Shown: positions 12,311 to 25,019 of the stretch, piece by piece
How the letters are laid out: each line of letters starts with the position of its first letter
How positions within the stretch are numbered: the first letter of the stretch is position 1
Source: Lama guanicoe
Taxonomy: Eukaryota
Direction: 5' to 3'
DNA length: 64,000 nucleotides
Assembly (NCBI GenBank): GCA_013239625.1
Contig: MU054187.1
Location: forward strand, 1,487,964 to 1,551,963
The notes under the pieces: generated by a model
Told to the model about the DNA's origin: nothing
The model's input: the letters and a program-made list of their open reading frames with translations, nothing else
The model's database searches: none
Position numbers and translations under genes: made by a program

Positions 12311-15300
12311 TGTCGCCCCCGGGCCCCCTTAATTATTAAGTGCTAGGGTCCTCCATAATAACTTCAGCAGACAAACTGTTAAATATTATTATTTGATAAA
12401 TCAAGTATATATAATAATTTGTTAAATAATTAATCAGGGAATATTCTTTTTAAATGCCAGGAGCTTGATCATAACGCTAGATGCTGCCAGTTAGTCTACC
12501 AGTACTTGAGATGGTTCGTTAATACCACAAACATCACTTTCTAAGTAACTACAAACTGTGCTACAGAAAGTAAACTGATCGTCAAAGGCAGCGCAGGAAA
12601 TCAGGGATGCACTTGTTCTGTCTGACAAATGTTCGCCCAACACCCAAAAAGCAGTTCGTATTTTTTTATTGCTTGTCAGAGACAAGTCACTCCACGTCAT
12701 TCAGAATTCTGACTGAAAGCTGTTTCTACTCATGTCTTAGCAAGTTTTCACACTGTGCAAGTAGCTGTTCTCCCCCCGGAGGTGACAGCTGGCTTCCCAA
12801 AGTGCAGCTGGCCCTTCCGTCGGACGCGCCAGCCAAGCCAGCAGGGAGGAACACGTAGACCCTGACACAGCGGCGAGGCCGTGGGGAGGACGACATGCAG
12901 AGGCCGGTGTGCTTGTTGCGGCCAAAAGGAGAAGATCAGACGTGCGGGAAAGTTTGTTTTCAAAGAACAAATGTTGCATGAGAGTCAGGCGCTTCACATT
13001 TAAGAGCTATACTAACACTGCTGCTTAGAACACTCCGCCTGAAAGAAACGTAAGTCACCCTTTCTGAGCTTGTTCACAGCATTTAAGACAGGATCCCCCC
13101 CTGCCCAGCCCCTCCTCCCAGCGGTAAGGGCCTTTCCACGCTTCTTCGCGACAAATGTTTCCATCTCACAGGTGAGGAACCTCAACCACGCCCACACAAG
13201 CTGGCAGGAAAGTGCTGATCACACATCCGGGTACTAAAACCTCACCTCCGTGGCTCCCGAGCGCTTGTCCCCCGCAGAGCGCTTCCCCGGCGCCTCCCCA
13301 GGCTCAGCCGGGCTCTGCCTGCGCACACGCACCTGCTGGCCTGGGGCTCCCGCTCGCCTCCGGCTGGAGTGTCCTCCAATCAGATGTCCCCCAATCCTGC
13401 CTTCTGCCACAGGGCAGCTGAGTTTTACAATTCCAGGAAGCTAATGGAGATCTCTCACACACTCCTCAGTCCCCCTGTCTCTGAGCCTGGATACTGCCTG
13501 TAAAATGTACACAGAGGAGTGACAGCACGCTCCTCCTGTAACAGCACCTAGCACTCAGCTCCATCCACCCCGTCGGGGGGAGAGGCAGGGAGAGCATGTG
13601 AGTGCCTCTCACAAAGCGCATCTCCTCGGAGCCGCACGTCCACAAGCCAGCTTCACACGCCGGCTACTCCTCGCCCGGCCTGGCAAGTCTCCAGGTCCAC
13701 ACGGAGTCTTCAAATGCCAGCAGGTTCCACACGGCCCAGACACTCATCTCGGGTAAGAGACAAGGGGCTTTTTTTGATTCACATCTTTATAATAAAGGAA
13801 TTATGTGTAAACAGATGAGGCGCCTCAAAACTTAAAAGAAATTACAGAAAGTAACATTTCATAGTATGTGAATTAGACAGAGTTCACTAACCAGTCAATT
13901 TGTAAAAAAGTTATCCGGCATAAAGGCAAATTACAAATAATCCTCAAATTTAACCAAGACAAACTTCTGGAATTAAGGGTGAGTTTCGCTTCACTGGATT
14001 TTGTGGTGAGCGTTTCCTCTGTTTGCTGACTGGGGTTCACCTCTGAACTTTTCCGCCTTATGCTAATTCAAGCATCTCAGCGTTTCATCAGATCCACAAA
14101 TCCCCTCTGTGGGAAGTGATGGCAGCAGGTGAGAATTCACAGGACTGTGCTTTCCGATAAAACTTTGGATCTGTGGCCTCCCACCTCAAGTCCACCCCGC
14201 AGGGTCCGGCCCCGCCATGCTGGCAGGCATCCCCGGACCTCTGCCCCTTCCTGAGCTGGCGGCGCGAACCCACCTCCTTCCCCTCCTCTCCAGCCTCCAG
14301 CACCTCTCACCACGATTCCCCCTCAGGGGTGACCTTCATCCTTATTCCTCTGAGAAAATATAAGCTCCAAGAAGATAATGACCATGATCTCCTCCCATCG
14401 CAGGACCACACTTCTGCTTGGGAAGGACCCCCACGCCATCTTGCACATCCCAGGTAAACGGGACCAGCCTCTGATAGAAATCCATGCTGATGAGGAGGAG
14501 GAATAAAAATGCATGCACACACCAAAACACATTTTTGTGTGTTTATCTGAAAATAAATAATCCAGTTCTAAGACGTGAGCATCTCTTTAGAAACAAACAA
14601 CCGCGGCAGCTCTGCCGCAAGACTAGGCGCTCACTCTGAAGCCAGCCTGCCTGTGTCAGTCAAAGCCTCAGACTGGACTGTAAGGTTTCCAGTTAAAAAC
14701 CTTTTGTGCATCAAGTAAAACGCTCTCTCGGAAATTTCAGGAAAAAAGGCATTTCATGTTTTCCTTTCACTTACACAGCACACAAAACTCAGGCCAGCTG
14801 GCGATTCTTACAGGGAAAACCCAACTTCAACGGCCTTATTTAGTAAAGTGCAGATGAACACGTTTTATACTTTAAAGCTACAACGACATGTATACATACA
14901 ACTCCATGTAGTTTCTAATTAAGTCCGTTTATAACTCAGTCAGCGAGTGTCTGTGAGGTGCCTGCTGAGGTGATGGGGGCAGGTTGGACTGCAGGTGGCT
15001 ACGGTCAAAGGCGGTGTTTATGAGCTCAAGGATGACGGCCTCCTGCAGCAGGTGGCAGGTGTGGAGACGCGGTTACAAGATAAAAGACTCGCTGGAGTCG
15101 ATGTCCACATTAGGGGAAGCGGACTGAAGACCTGCTTGCGCACGTCACCCGGGTACGTGAGCAGAATCAAGGGAAGAAAGTCCAGGACGGGCTTCAGCGG
15201 GCCTGCAGACCGTGGGACAGCCAGTCCCCGTTTATTCAGCTACTAACTGACGGGGTAGAACTGGAGGAACTTCGGCTGACTTGTGTTAAAAATCTCCTTT

Positions 15301-16530
15301 CCTTTTCTTCCCACTTTGTATCAAAGCCATTGTAATGGCGATGGATGAGCCTTGCTGGTAACCAGTGGAAGAGAACCGTTTCACTCCTGGCATTTGTGTG
15401 ACACGTTTTCTATCTGCGGCCAAGCGAGCAGAAAGCGTGCCAGATGAAAGCTCTGTAACGAGATTGAAGGTGGAGAGGGAAAAGCAGAGGCCGGCTCCAC
15501 CAGGAGGGGGGAGCCATCAGCTCCTGCCAGAGCAGCAATGACGTTAGAAATTATTCAGCAACCGACAAGGAGCCATAAACCAAAGGTCCACTGGAGTAAG
15601 GATGGACAGGGTCTTCAGAATTAAATTTCTACCCAATCTCACTACTTCTCGCTGTCCTATGGAAACTGTAAGATTAAGTCTTTGAAGAAAGAATGCTAAG
15701 TTTTTTTAAGCTAAGTTGGTTGCAGAGTTGGTTATCTTTTATGGCACGTAAATGTCTCTTTTAGTTAATTATAAATAATGTACTCCTCGCTCTCCTTCAC
15801 CAGCACCTAATCAAAACGGTCCTCCCTTCTCAGGCCCCGCTCCCTCTCACCACTTCCACCCTTCCTAACGCTGACTTTCAGTCGTCTTTGATGCGCACAT
15901 TGTTCGTACTTCATGCAAGCGTGTCGCATCCATTGGGGAAAAAGGGACTACTTGGATAGAGATTGAATAAACGATAGAAACTTAAAATGCATACTGGTAA
16001 CTAGGTTTACTGATCACACAGACCAAGTATTCCTCAGCGTACTTCTTTCCGGAACTCACTCGCTGAAAACAACGTGACCTGTGAGGTCTCCTGAGATGTC
16101 ACGGCACCAGCCACTGTGTATTCTGGGTCCGCTAAGTGCCTCTCATTTACAATCCACAACCATCATTAAAAGTAAAAATGAGACTCTAACAGGCAATTAC
16201 CTCGTCCAAGCAGCACATCTCAGTGAGAAGTGAGAGCTTACACCCAGGTCTGCCCACATGCCGGCTCTTCGCGGGTCTATTTACCCTCATAAGAAAATAG
16301 ACACAACACATTGTACATCCATCAGAGGAAATAAGGAGAGGAAACTGAGGTGACGCCAGGTAAGAGCCACATTTCAGGCAAAATGGAAAGGAAACAGGTA
16401 AGATCAGAAATTGGGTGCTTGCAGTGGTTGGAAAGTGACATGCTTTTCAACCTGAACAGCAGGAGATGCAGCCCCTACCTGCCTCCTGAGGCCGAAAGCA
16501 CGCAGAGCGCCACGTGCTGTGGAGCAGGCA

Positions 16531-16650
16531 GTGTGCGTGTGGTGCAGTGTGGTGTAGTATGGCGTGGTACGGTATGGCATGGCATAGAAGGCGCGGCGTG
16601 GCACAGTGAGGCATAGCACATTATGTTACTGTACAATAAGGTACAGAACA
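16531..16650. repeat. Decayed pentanucleotide microsatellite
   Basis: 5-bp periodicity: gtgtg/gtgca/gtgta/gtatg/gcgtg/gtacg/gtatg/gcatg/gcata. Confidence 0.7.
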
Positions 16651-17021
16651 GTCAGCTCTGGAGGACAAGTAGGTCAGCCCTGAAGAGGTGCCACAGGCGG
16701 GAAATATTCGCGCACCTGACCCTCAGGATTTCCCAGTCGCTGTGGAAGACCGACAGCTGTTCCTTCCTGTCCTTCACACGCGCTTCACTGTGGGTCTCGG
16801 CTCCAGCCAGGAATTACCTGTGTGCGGGGAGGAGGAGAGGGAGGCAGGTAACCTGCATCTAATTTAAAAATCGTCATAGCAGAGGGGGCCACATCCGGAC
16901 CTGCTGAGAAGGACCACACATCACACACACATGCTGGACTTAGCGGTGGCCAAGTGGCTGTCCCGCTGGGGTCCGGGCGAAGGTGACTGACTGTGTGAAG
17001 AAGGGTGTGCAGGGCCAGAGG

Positions 17022-17038
17022 GGTGCCCTCTGGCAGAA
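17022..17038 (-). promoter_or_regulatory. CTCF-like motif overlapping a 9-bp inverted repeat
   Basis: Reverse complement is CTGCCAGAGGGCAC. It overlaps gccagaggg-gtg-ccctctggc (17014-17034). Motif match only. Confidence 0.3.
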
Positions 17039-17688
17039 ACACTGGTCGTCCACACAAAACGAGGCTTCCTGTCCTTCCTACAGGCTGAGTCCCAGCCCAC
17101 AGGGCGACTACGCTTCCCGACTCCACTACAACCAGACACGGTCGTGCAACTCTTCAAGCCCCGGGCCGTGAGTGCACGAGCTCCCTGCCGAGTCCGGGTG
17201 TGTTCCACACGGCCTCCCACTCACCTGCCTAGCTGTCTCTCCCTTCGCACTGGTGGGAGTAACCAGAGGCTCCTTAAAGGACACCTGATCCAGAGAGAAG
17301 ACTGGCCGTCATACGGTGTCTCTGACTGTCTTGGTGGGAGAGACACTTCCAAGCTGCATGGTGAGGTATGATTATGTTTAAGACGTGTGTGAATTCTTAC
17401 GTGAGAAACAAAGTGTTTATCCTTTAAACCTTGTTGTCTGGAGATCTCACGCTATCGTAATTAGGCCTTTGACCCTGATTAAAACCCATCACAAGACCGT
17501 TGGACAGTTCACGTCAATTAAAATAATTATGTCGCGACTCCTAGCAGGAGACAAGACACTAGAGATTATCCGGGAAAAACAGGGCTCTTAGGTCACTGAA
17601 GGTGTCCGGGGAAAGAACACAATGAAATTAGTACACAAGTGAGTGACACATGAGGTGTGGGACAATCATGCTCCATAAAAGAAGCTGA

Positions 17689-17861
17689 GGGTGGGAGGGT
17701 GCAGCTCAGTGGTAGAGCGTGTGCTTAGCATATGCGAGGTCCTGGGTTCAGTCCCCAGCACCTCCATCAAAACAGACAAACAAACCTGATTACCTCCTCC
17801 CCCACCAAAAAAAAAGACAAAAAATAAATGGTTAAAAAAAAAAACACTTGAAAAGTAGAAT
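17689..17861 (+). mobile_element. Camelid tRNA-Ala-derived SINE (vic-1 type)
   Basis: gggagggtgcagctcagtggtagagcgtgtgcttagcatatgcgaggtcctgggttcagtccccagcacctcca has A and B boxes and an A-rich tail. taaaagaag occurs on both flanks as a partial TSD. Confidence 0.9.
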
Positions 17862-17925
17862 TAAAAGAAGTCAGCAAGGGCCAAATGCATTCGGGAGAAG
17901 TCAGAGGACTTCTCAGAAGTGGAGG

Positions 17926-18019
17926 GTTTTTCAACGGGGGTGCTGGGGATGAACCCACGACCTCGCACCTGCTGAGCACTGGCCCTGCCACTGAGCTGCG
18001 CCCGCACGCCCCCCTCCCC
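17926..18019 (-). mobile_element. Second vic-1-type SINE head, antisense and GC-shifted
   Basis: Reverse complement GCAGCTCAGTGGCAGGGCCAGTGCTCAGCAGGTGCGAGGTCGTGGGTTCATCCCCAGCACCCCCG aligns to the copy at 17689. Confidence 0.8.
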
Positions 18020-20559
18020 GGGGTGGAGCTCTGACAGGGGTGAGGTCACATCAGGGGCATCAGGGAGAGAGGCCCTACGCCGTCTCTCACGTGCTTATTC
18101 AAATATGCGACGCCCTCCAGGCTGGGGGCACCGACACAAGTCCTGCAGGAGAAGCGCAGGACGCGCGGAGCTGAATAAACACCAGCAGGGACGGATGAAG
18201 GAAGCCCAGCTGAGAAGATGGCGCTCCATGACACGTTACCCTTCCCAGCAGCCTTTCTTCTCCCTGCAAAACCATAAAGTTACTAGAACCCACCTCCTGC
18301 TGTGGCGGTTTTCAGGGTTAAACGAGCTACAGATGCAAAGCGTCCTGACTGCTGGCGGCCGCCCCAGTGTCCTGTCCTCGCTCCTCATCGCCGTGCTGTG
18401 ACTTGGGTCCAGTCTTGATGGGCAGAGCTCACGCCGACTTAGTAGCAAGAACAGCTTGTACAAACTGTAAACTCAAGACTATTCAGGGGACGGGGGGCAG
18501 TTTGATTTCATGTGACCTGCGCTTGTGCCCCTGGACCGGCACAGGGACTCAGGGTGCTCTGACCCACGGGGGCCAGGCGGCACTGGGCGCCCTTGAGCAG
18601 GAAGCTTCACATTCAAGTTTCTAGAGGCGCGGTTGCTCAGACTACAATTCAGAGAAACTGGTCGCAGCTGACCCGACAGGAGGCTGTCCTGGTCCCGCGA
18701 GCAGGAGTCGGAGAGAAGAGACAGAGGCAAAGCTGTGGGGCGACAGTGGAGGCGCTTTGAGGAGCATCACAAGATGGAAAGTGTGCAATTTGGCAACTGA
18801 TCCTGCGTGGGAACTGAAGCTCCGAGGTCTCGGGGGACCAGGACAAAGCCGGGGACGAAGGGAAAAGCACACCCCCAGTGCCGACCTGGGGACGTCGGGT
18901 GAACGCGGTTGTGGACACGTCTCCGTGGAGGGGGGACATTCACTCAGCTGCTGGAAGCTTCAGACGGGAGGCTGGAGACCCGGCCGGGTGCCAGCCGGGC
19001 TGCAGCTCCCCGGGGTGGGAGCGGGCAGCAGAGGCAGAGAAGAGCCAGGCGGCCTGGCGGGCCCTCTGAGCCAGGAGGCCCTCCGCTCGTTACTTTGAAG
19101 AGGGTCTTCCATAAGTACGCGTGTGAGCCGCGCTGCGCGGTTCGTCCTCGCCTCTGTCCCTGCACGTCCACACCTGCGACGCGGCCACCCCATCAACAGC
19201 CCTGCTGACTCCACACCCGCAACCCTGTCACCTGGGGAATGAGAGGATGTCGCCAAATGAGACCGAGATGGTTTGCGTAACTCCTTTAGCAAATGAATGT
19301 ATGTGCTGGTTTGACCTCCGTTCTCTCAGAAAATGTTCTGTCTGAACTAGAGACAAACACGGGACCGAGAATGAATCAGGAAAAATAGATCCCCAATGCC
19401 AGTAAACAAACCAACAACAAGAAACCCTGGTTTTTAGCAAATTTACTAGGGCCATGATTTTGGTAGATGCACTGTTTCAGTAGACTTGTTATTTCGTCCC
19501 TTGTATCCATCTTGGTGACAAGTTTATTTGAAAGTTTATTTCATCCAACTTTATAAGTTTCCCAACGTGTATGTGGTGTTTTTCTTCCCTGTCTACTGAC
19601 CCAAAGGGTTTCTGTTCTTTTCTTCCAAATAACCCAGAATTCTTCATTAAATACTCAAGCATTATCAGAATTCTCTGTTCTCTCTTTGCACATATGCACA
19701 CACACAGTTTAGGCTAATTCATAATTTAGAATAATTTGTAATCCTTCCAGAGATTACAATAATATACCTAGTCTTGAAAACTAAATTATAAGACATTAAA
19801 TTATTCCTTCTCCAGTTATCGTGAATTTCACCCAACTGAGATGGGGCGACTGACTTCTTAGAATATTTTTACAAAAGATTAACATTAAATGAAATATTGG
19901 AACCACCTAACAGGGCCCCTAGGATTTGCTGACTTGAAGCTTTGGTTTTAGTCACACCTGCATATAAGTCACTGAAACTCTCTGAAACAAAGACCTCGTT
20001 TGTAGACGGGGTACCTGATTGCTTCTCACCTCCCTGGGACCTGAACATTAAAGACAGCTGAGTGTGTGTCAGACACGGTCCTCGCACCGTGGGCAATGTC
20101 TGGTGGAAATGGCCTTGGAGCCACAACAGCAGTGGTGGCAACAGCAGAGGTAGAGGATTTGCTCGTTTACTTCTAAAGTCCAGGTGAACACTGACCAGAG
20201 ACCAGTCTGGTGGTCGGTAAGGACGTGACAGTGAATACAGTTACCCCCGGAGAAAGTAACGAGTGAGGAGGGAACGATGTGAGCTCCCCAACTTGAGCAG
20301 ACAATGGAGGGAGAGGACCCGGCAGCACAACACGCGGAGGAGAAGACGGGGTAAGTCAGGGAGGAAGGCACCGTGGCCCCTGCCAGAGTCTCAATACCTG
20401 GAAAAGCATGGGATGGACTGAAAAATCATCTGTCCTCCAAGTAGCCAAGGATGATGAGTTGAAAAAAAAAAAACTAAAATGGAGGCAGTAAAAATAGTAT
20501 CTCTTGCGAGGCTTTATGGTAAGAGAAGAGAGAAAGAAAGGTCAGCCTTGGGAGGTTTG

Positions 20560-20760
20560 GGGATGCGCTTGCCTGTGAATAAAGTTTTATTGACACGCAC
20601 CACGCCCATTCGTTTGCACATGGAGGGCGCCTGCTTCCTGGCTGCCCCGCCCGGACAGCGCTGAGAGGGTGTGGCCAAGACCACGTGACCTGCGAAGCCC
20701 CAGCCACTAACCCCCTGCTTCTGCCGGAAACAGTTACGGCCCTTTGCTCCGAGCGATCCT
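20560..20760 (+). mobile_element. MER58A-like hAT-Charlie MITE
   Basis: aataaagttttattgacacgcaccacgcccattcgtttgcaca...gaccacgtgacctgcgaagcc matches the MER58A body. Confidence 0.75.
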
Positions 20761-21484
20761 GGAAATGCTGACTGTGGGACTCGCAGACAGAAAGTGCCTG
20801 CTCTTCGTTGATGATGTATGTTGTGCAATAAGCTGTTTGTGCAGATTTATTACTTTATGCAGATGCTAGTTCTCCCTTCCTGACTAATGAGCTTCTAAAT
20901 TCCGTGAAGAATACACTCTGTGTCCTGGTAACTTATTTTCAGTGTATCACAAACCAGAAACAACAAAGACCAGCGTTACTCTGTCAACAATGCAAAACTA
21001 AACGTACTCTGAAACCAAAAGAATCTTCACCAAAACATAGTTTAAAAAAAACTATGAAAATAAAAAAGCTTTCCTTACCTCCTACCATTTGAAGTCTTTT
21101 TTTAGAATAAATGATTGAACTCATGTGCAATAAAGTACAAATCAGTGAGTATATTTTATCATTTCTATATTGATTTTTTAATATCCCAAGTCACTCAATG
21201 AATCATCAAATAAGTAAGGAAATATTGTAAAAAGTATTTTTCTCACAGATGTGTGTAGTGTGATGGGCACAGATACCAACAAACTTGTTTCTGTAAACAC
21301 TGCCTTGGTGAGTTATGGTGTCTACGGAGCCCAATAAAAGTATACGCCAAATTCAATTCCATTTCATTGCAAATTTCTAAGGCTGTATACTCGATTTCAG
21401 AAATGCTAAAAATTATTTGTTGGTTCTAGGCACAGACAGTAAGTATTTCTTCGATCTTCTAGGAAATGAAAAATGGTATCTGAC

Positions 21485-21576
21485 CTCAAATAATCTGCAC
21501 AAGGAGCAAAACTGGACGTGAAAGTCTCAGTGGTGCATGTGCACAGCTGCCAAGTTCTGAAGTGTCTAACTGATGC
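21485..21576 (-). other. Candidate exon (92 nt)
   Basis: ctttattgcacag|GCATCAG...TTTGAG|gtcaga. Confidence 0.2.
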
Positions 21577-23602
21577 CTGTGCAATAAAGACTAAATAATG
21601 AGTCAAATCATTAGGAACGAAGCGTACATATGGCTTATCTGCTTTTAATGAGGATTTTAGTGTTTGCAAAGACCAAAAGGTGCAACATTTCTCTCACTGA
21701 CAGATTTTTTTTTTTATTACTGTCCTTCAGAGAGTCTGGATGTTTTCAATATAAAAGACAGCCACAGATTTCCAAAGTGAATTGGGAGCAAGTGACTTAC
21801 AAGCACAATACATCATAACAATGTGATTTAAAAAGACCTTATTTAAGTCATAATAAAGCACTAGCAAGAGGTTAATGTAACCCCCCCCACAAAGTTTAGA
21901 ATGTTTTGAATCCACTGACTAGAACAGATAAGAAGCAAGATCTAATCTATCTTCATTTGTTGACCATTAATACAAAGGAAATTTCACTTTATATTCTATG
22001 TTTTCTTAAGACTAAAATGGTTGTATCAAAAGAAGTACATGAATTAAAATTATAAAACAGGGCATGGGAGAGACGCATTGGAAGGCAGTGATGGTAAATG
22101 CACAAAGGCCTTCCCATGTGTCCCTGACTTGGCTCCACGCAGTCAGTGTGCCTGGGAAAGCATTCTACACGTCACCAGCGCTCTTCTCCCTTTCGCTGCC
22201 AACACGGCTCAGTGACGGCAGGTGCACTGGGGGAGCGTGCCCTGTGTACACCCAGGGTGGGGGGGGGCTCACCCGCTCCGGAACTCTCAGGAGGACACAG
22301 GCATGAGTAGACATACAATGTTTTACTCGCCCATAATTTTGTTATGTGGTCAGTTAGCGTTTTAAGGAATGACGCAGTTATTACATGTGTATATATAATA
22401 GCTGAATGCCTCTAAATCGTCAAGGGCGGTGACAGTGATTTCTCAAGACAGAAACTGTCAGTAATGCACACTTCAACCGCCTGATATTTGAGCCTTTGTT
22501 ACAAAAAGACCGCGCATACTTGAACCATTGTCCTAGGCACTTATTTCCTCTATTAGAAAGGACATTCTTGAATAAGAAAGAATATATCTCATTTATTTCT
22601 GGATGCTACCCTCCCTGTACCATTATCACATATTTTGCATTTAATGTCTGTTCAAAAATGTTGCCTTTACTTGAGACGCTTGGGTTCTCCTAATCCAAGT
22701 CCGGTAAAGAAAGCAACACGTCCGCTGGAGCGAGCGTGTCTCACCCATCACCACACAGAGATGGAGAGCCACTGACGCTGAGCTGCAGCGTATATACAAC
22801 CTCGAGCTCTGGCTTAGGGACTCTTCTGAATTTTCAGAAGTGGCTGGAATACTGGCAGGCTAGTCTTTACTGGCCAGTTCCCTTGACTTAATTCTGATCC
22901 AAATTGCCCGTGTGAGTCACAATTCCTGGAACGAAGAGCCACCGTGGAAAGCAGCCTGGGGAGGGGACGCCGGCTGTGCAGTGGTCCCAGAAATAAACAT
23001 GAACACTGGAAGGAGCAGCATGCTCCCCAGACAGAGGCTGGTTGGTTTATCCCCCAGCTCTGAGTAGCTGTTGTCGTTAAAATGAGATTATATTTAGGTT
23101 TCTAATGTTTTCTAAGTATCCTTTTGCATTTACTCTGGACTAATCAATTTTAAATTTAATTTTCCAGATATTTAATTGCATCTTGCTCAACCATTAAGTA
23201 CTGTGATGTATTATCGGAGTGAATTCGAACCTACCAAATGTCATGTGTTTGTGCCAAGTAGTTATTTTCAGCAGTTTTCCCATTCACTTGTTCGGGATAC
23301 AGAAGCATCAATAACTTCTAGACGTGAATAATGTATCGAACAAAGTTCAGCTCAATAGCACTAATCCACTTTTACATAAAAATCAATTGCTCCCTTTTTG
23401 GCATTCAATTCCATCTTGGTCCCTCATCAATATCTACTCATGTGACATTCTTGAGGGGAAAAAAACAACCAAGACAGCTGAAATGTACCACTATTTCTAT
23501 AATAAAAACATGAGAAGCACATACATCTGTCAGAAGACATCTTCTCAGTATAATGAAGGGGTACTCTGAAGCCAGAATAGTTGGTTAACTTGTACATCTT
23601 AC

Positions 23603-23673
23603 CAGCTCTTGGCTGGAAGTGTACAGGAGAACCCAGTATCTTGAATAATTTCTTCACCACTTTCATAATAATT
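23603..23673 (-). other. Candidate exon (71 nt)
   Basis: gtctcccatggatcag|AATTATT...AGAGCTG|gtaaga; two frames are open. Confidence 0.25.
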
Positions 23674-23767
23674 CTGATCCATGGGAGACAGTGGTGAAGT
23701 TGTGACGGGCCCTGGAGGTCCTCTGACCTGCACTCATGCACAGTTTTCTCCCACGCAGCCCTCCCAG

Positions 23768-24276
23768 TGTCACAGAAAAGAACAAGACCGACTCCACGCT
23801 AAATCCATTCCCTTAGCGCTCACCCTGTGCTCGGCTTCCCGTGCTGAGTCATGCTGCTTCTGCACCTTTTGTAAAAGAAGGTTGCCTAGAGCCTGAAACA
23901 CACAGAACAGCTCATTCTCAAGACTCTGACCTTTAAAGGTGCAACATTTTCCCATTCATATAGGGATTGAAAGTTGCAGAATAGAAAATAACATTTGTCT
24001 TACAGGAACGCTACAACTTGGCCCACGTGGACAGCTGCAAGAACAAAAGATTCCAACACCAAGATGTCTGCAAAAACCAATGACGCCCCCTCCCATTTTT
24101 AGTATAAAAGGAGCCTGAATTCTGACTTGGGGAAGATGGTTCTCCAGAACATTGGTCTGGCATCATCTCTGTCTGCTGGTTTTCCGAATAACGTTGCTAT
24201 TTCTTGCCCCAACACCTCATCTCCTGATTCACTGGCCTATTGTGCAGCGAGCAGAATGAGTTTGGATTTGGTAACA
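23768..24276 (+). mobile_element. Solo ERV1-class LTR (MER41-like family, same as 43140-43661)
   Basis: TG...CA ends, a TATAAAA box, and long near-identical blocks with 43140-43661 (aaagttgcagaatagaaaataacatttgtctt; cagctgcaagaacaaa; tataaaaggagcctgaattctga). Confidence 0.85.
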
Positions 24277-24436
24277 TTATCACCTTTTATTTCTCATTGG
24301 ATCAGTTGTGAAAGAGTGCATTTGGCTGATCCTGGGTCCACAGCCCTGTTTTCTGGGTCCCACCCATCCTGTCTTTACATAATACACCCCAAGCATAAAC
24401 CTCGGGTCCCCAGGATCAAAAACAAGTCTCTCAGTA

Positions 24437-24642
24437 GTTCTGTCTGCTAGAACTCTCTTTGTGATAGAACTGTCCTTTATCTGTGCTGTCTAATGTGGTC
24501 ACCATTGGCCACAATTGGCTGGCAAGCACTAGAGATGTGACTGGTGGAACTGAGGTAGGGAAATGTTAATACCATGTAATTTAATCAACGTAAGTGTGTA
24601 TATCCATGCGTGGCTAGTGCTACCATCTTGGACAGCAGAGCC
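24437..24642. mobile_element. MER3-like hAT-Charlie MITE
   Basis: tatctgtgctgtctaatgtggtcaccattggccaca...gtggctagtgctaccatcttggacagcagag. Confidence 0.8.
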
Positions 24643-25019
24643 TGGAGCAGCTGAGAGAGAACAGTGTCCGGTCACCGGGGCTGCGGCTCTCAAACCAAGC
24701 TCTAGACGTGGTTGCCTTCAAGCCTTGTTCTCTAATCCGACAGGCGTGTGTTCTTCAGACTCAAATTCCTTAAGCACTAGGTAACTTTTTCGAAAGCCTG
24801 TGCAGAACTCTCATGGCCTAAAGAACTAAACTCCAGCTTCTAAGACTGGCATTCCAGAGTCCTCAAAATTTAGACCCTCTTTGTCCCCTGAAGTTCCTCT
24901 TTCCAAGTGACCATTGCTGCCAAGGTGGTCTGTTCACTGTGCTCTGAACACATTCACGATTTTCTTCTCTGCTCACTCCGGTTTTCTCACCTGGGGTGCC
25001 CTCCGCACATCTGGGCATC

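Noticed and set aside
17689..17770. tRNA-Ala gene
   Set aside because: It has a SINE body and A-rich tail, an imperfect acceptor stem and several degenerate copies, so it is a tRNA-derived SINE.
22823..22840. Inverted repeat cttctgaa-tt-ttcagaag / possible heat-shock element
   Set aside because: 8-bp arms are expected by chance in 64 kb, and the spacing does not fit three nGAAn units.
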